Shown here: positions 27,483 to 29,046 of the stretch, piece after piece
How the letters are laid out: each line of letters begins with the position of its first letter
How positions within the stretch are numbered: position 1 is the stretch's first letter
Source: Myxococcota bacterium
GTDB taxonomy: Bacteria > Myxococcota_A > UBA796 > SXON01
Assembly: GCA_040386535.1 (NCBI GenBank)
Contig: JAZKFH010000073.1
Span: 1 to 29,046 of the forward strand
Direction of reading: 5' to 3'
Length of the DNA stretch: 29,046 bases
Notes under the pieces: model-generated
The model's input: only the letters and a program-made list of their open reading frames with translations
Told to the model about the DNA's origin: nothing
The model's database searches: none
Made by a program: the position numbers and the translations under genes

Positions 27483-28531
27483 ATGCGCATCCTCTTTCCT
27501 TCCATGCCCTTCTTCCCGCGCGAGCCGGATCCCGGCTTCACCGCCGAGATCGCCGCCGCCGAGGCCGCGGGCTTCCAATGGAGCCTCTACGCGCTCGAGG
27601 ACGCGCGCGCCGGGATGCCCACGCTCCGGTACTGCCCAGAGGCGCACGACGGCGAGGCCATGGTCCATCGAGGGTGGATGATGTCGGATTCTGCCTACGA
27701 GCGCCTGTACGCCGCGGTGAAGGCCAAGGGCTACGAGCTGGTGGTGAGCCCCGCGGCCTACGCCGAGGCGCACTACCTGCCCCTCGCGATGCGGCACCTC
27801 GGCGCGGCTACGCCGGCGAGCACGTGGAACCAATCGGACCAGGAGGGTGACGCCTGGGAGCTCTACCAATCGTTCCGCGGGGCGGACGCGATCATCAAGG
27901 ATTGGGTGAAGTCGGCCAAGGGTCCGCCCGGAAATAATGTCCAGCACCGAGGGCGACCCTGGGCCGCGGCCGCAAGGAGCGAGGAGGGAGCATGCCCGTA
28001 GGCATGTGACCGACGAGCGACGCCGCGGACGCGAGCCCAGGGGCGGCCGAATGCGGACATTATTGAGGAGCGGGCCCTGAGTATCGTTGGCGGGAGGCGT
28101 GTTTCATCCCCGCGGACACCGACCGGGCGCGGTTCGGGGAGATCTTCCGCGCGTTCCGGCAGGAGCGTGGCGGCTTGTTCGAGCGCGGGGTCGTGTTGCG
28201 GCGCTTCCACGATCTGCACACGCTCGGCACCGACATGCGCGGCATGCCCATCCACGAGGAGTACCGCCTGTTCTTCTGGAAGGGCGCGCTCCTGGTCTCG
28301 ACCGCGTCCCCAGACGCGTCCGGGCCCCTCGCGCACCTGGCCCGCTGGGAGGAGATCGCGCGGCGGTTCGCGAGCCCGTTCCTGACGTTGGACGTGACGC
28401 GCGAACACGACGGTGGGTGGATCATCGTGGAGTCGGGCGACGGGGGTGTGTCCGGGCTCCCGATCGCGCTGGCTCCGGAGGGGTTCTACGCGGTGCTGGC
28501 GTTCGTGGCGGGGGTCGAGGCGCGGAGCTGA
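27483..28531 (+). pseudogene. ATP-grasp protein (DUF4343/R2K-clade-like) interrupted by a 161-bp insertion
   Basis: 5' part 27483-27920 (MRILFPS...HRGWMM...AHYLP...IIKDWVKSAK) and 3' part 28082-28531 (YRWREACFIP...EYRLFF...FLTLDV...WIIVESGDGGVSGLP) are in different frames. Joined, they give a continuous 295-aa protein with the family-like KD.VKS.K..W.EACFIP motif. Confidence 0.88.
27921..28081 (+). mobile_element. Non-autonomous structured insertion (MITE/REPIN-like), 161 bp
   Basis: Imperfect 24-bp terminal inverted repeats at 27919-27942 and 28055-28078 (19/24, with a perfect 10-bp core AATAATGTCC/GGACATTATT). Nested internal stems, AG at both junctions, no transposase. Removal restores the host ORF. 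Confidence 0.85.
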
Positions 28532-28614
28532 CGGGGCGGCGCCGGGCCGGCGGAGGGCGGCCCGCGCGGTCCGGCTTCCGGAGCCGGCAGGCGTAGGGAG
28601 CGGACGGAGGCCGG

Positions 28615-28650
28615 CGCCGTTCCCGCCGCCGTTCCCGCCGCCGTTCCCGC
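28615..28650. repeat. 12-bp tandem repeat x3
   Basis: CGCCGTTCCCGC three times exactly, plus a partial copy. Confidence 0.9.
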
Positions 28651-28654
28651 CGCC

Positions 28655-28866
28655 GGCAGGCGGCCAGGGTCGGGGGACCTTTGGGGAGAGGGGGTGCTGG
28701 GATGGCCGCCAGGCGGCCAGGATCGGGGGACCTTTGGGCAAAGGGGGTGCCGGGATGGCCGGCAGGCGGCCAGGGTCGGGGGACCTTTGGGGAAAGGGGG
28801 TGGCGGGATGGCCGGCAGGCGGCCAGGGTCGGGGGACCTTTGGGGAAAGGGGGTGCCGGGATGGCC
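28655..28866. repeat. 53-bp G-tract-rich tandem repeat x4
   Basis: Units at 28655, 28708, 28761 and 28814; consensus GGCAGGCGGCCAGGGTCGGGGGACCTTTGGGGAAAGGGGGTGCCGGGATGGCC with 0-3 substitutions per unit. Confidence 0.92.
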
Positions 28867-28873
28867 ACGCCCT

Positions 28874-29046
28874 CCGTTGGGCCGCTTCGTTGGGCCGCTT
28901 CGTTGGGCCGCTCCAGGTCAGGGGGGCCTTCATGTGGCCATCTTAGCAATGCTAAGATGCGGCCGTTGGGCCGTTCCGTTGGGCCGCTCCGTCAGGCCGC
29001 TCCGTCAGGCCGCTCCGTCAGGCCGCTCCGTCAGGCCGCTCCGTCA
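28874..29046. repeat. 13-bp tandem arrays flanking a palindrome, running to the window end
   Basis: (C/T)CGTTGGGCCGCT x3 (28874-28912); CCGTTGGGCCG(T/C)T x2 (28963-28988); CCGTCAGGCCGCT x4 plus a partial copy (28989-29046). Confidence 0.9.
28939..28959. promoter_or_regulatory. Perfect 21-bp palindrome, candidate protein-binding site
   Basis: CATCTTAGCA-A-TGCTAAGATG, relatively AT-rich within a very GC-rich context. Confidence 0.55.

Noticed and set aside
27921..28081. Insertion as a group I/II intron, intein or programmed frameshift
   Set aside because: It is too short and lacks the GUGYG...AY ends or group I core. Stops in both relevant frames exclude an intein or single frameshift. Ribosomal hopping (AAG take-off, GAG landing, GAGGAG at 28065-70) was considered, but the codons do not match and no stop follows the take-off codon.
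27863..28949. Minus-strand ORFs of 356 aa and 175 aa and plus-strand 177 aa ORF across the repeat region
   Set aside because: Their translations simply mirror the 53-bp (non-multiple-of-3) and 12-bp repeats and overlap the ATP-grasp gene. There is no coding signal.
28615..29046. Terminal repeats as a CRISPR array
   Set aside because: The units are head-to-tail with no unique spacers, and there are no cas genes in the window.

Overview
Very GC-rich bacterial chromosomal segment, most consistent with Myxococcota/deltaproteobacteria because it encodes a MYXO-CTERM-like sorted surface protein, MopE-like Asp/Cys repeats and a vWA lipoprotein. About 22 genes are supported. They include housekeeping metG, dtd and suhB, metabolic and envelope genes (SDR, 2OG-Fe(II) oxygenase, DUF481 barrel, L,D-transpeptidase, dienelactone hydrolase, AlkD-like protein, saccharopine dehydrogenase-like protein), two large Ca-binding repeat surface proteins, a membrane pseudokinase and a putative effector/chaperone pair. 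The most striking feature is a 161-bp non-coding insertion (27921-28081) that splits an ATP-grasp (DUF4343/R2K-like) gene; removing it exactly restores a 295-aa ORF. Its + strand folds into one long rod with imperfect terminal inverted repeats and a ladder of tandem GA/GA pairs, so the structure appears strand-specific. The window ends in a complex repeat region (12-bp x3, G-tract-rich 53-bp x4, and 13-bp arrays flanking a perfect 21-bp palindrome). Family calls come from motif recognition only; no searches were run.
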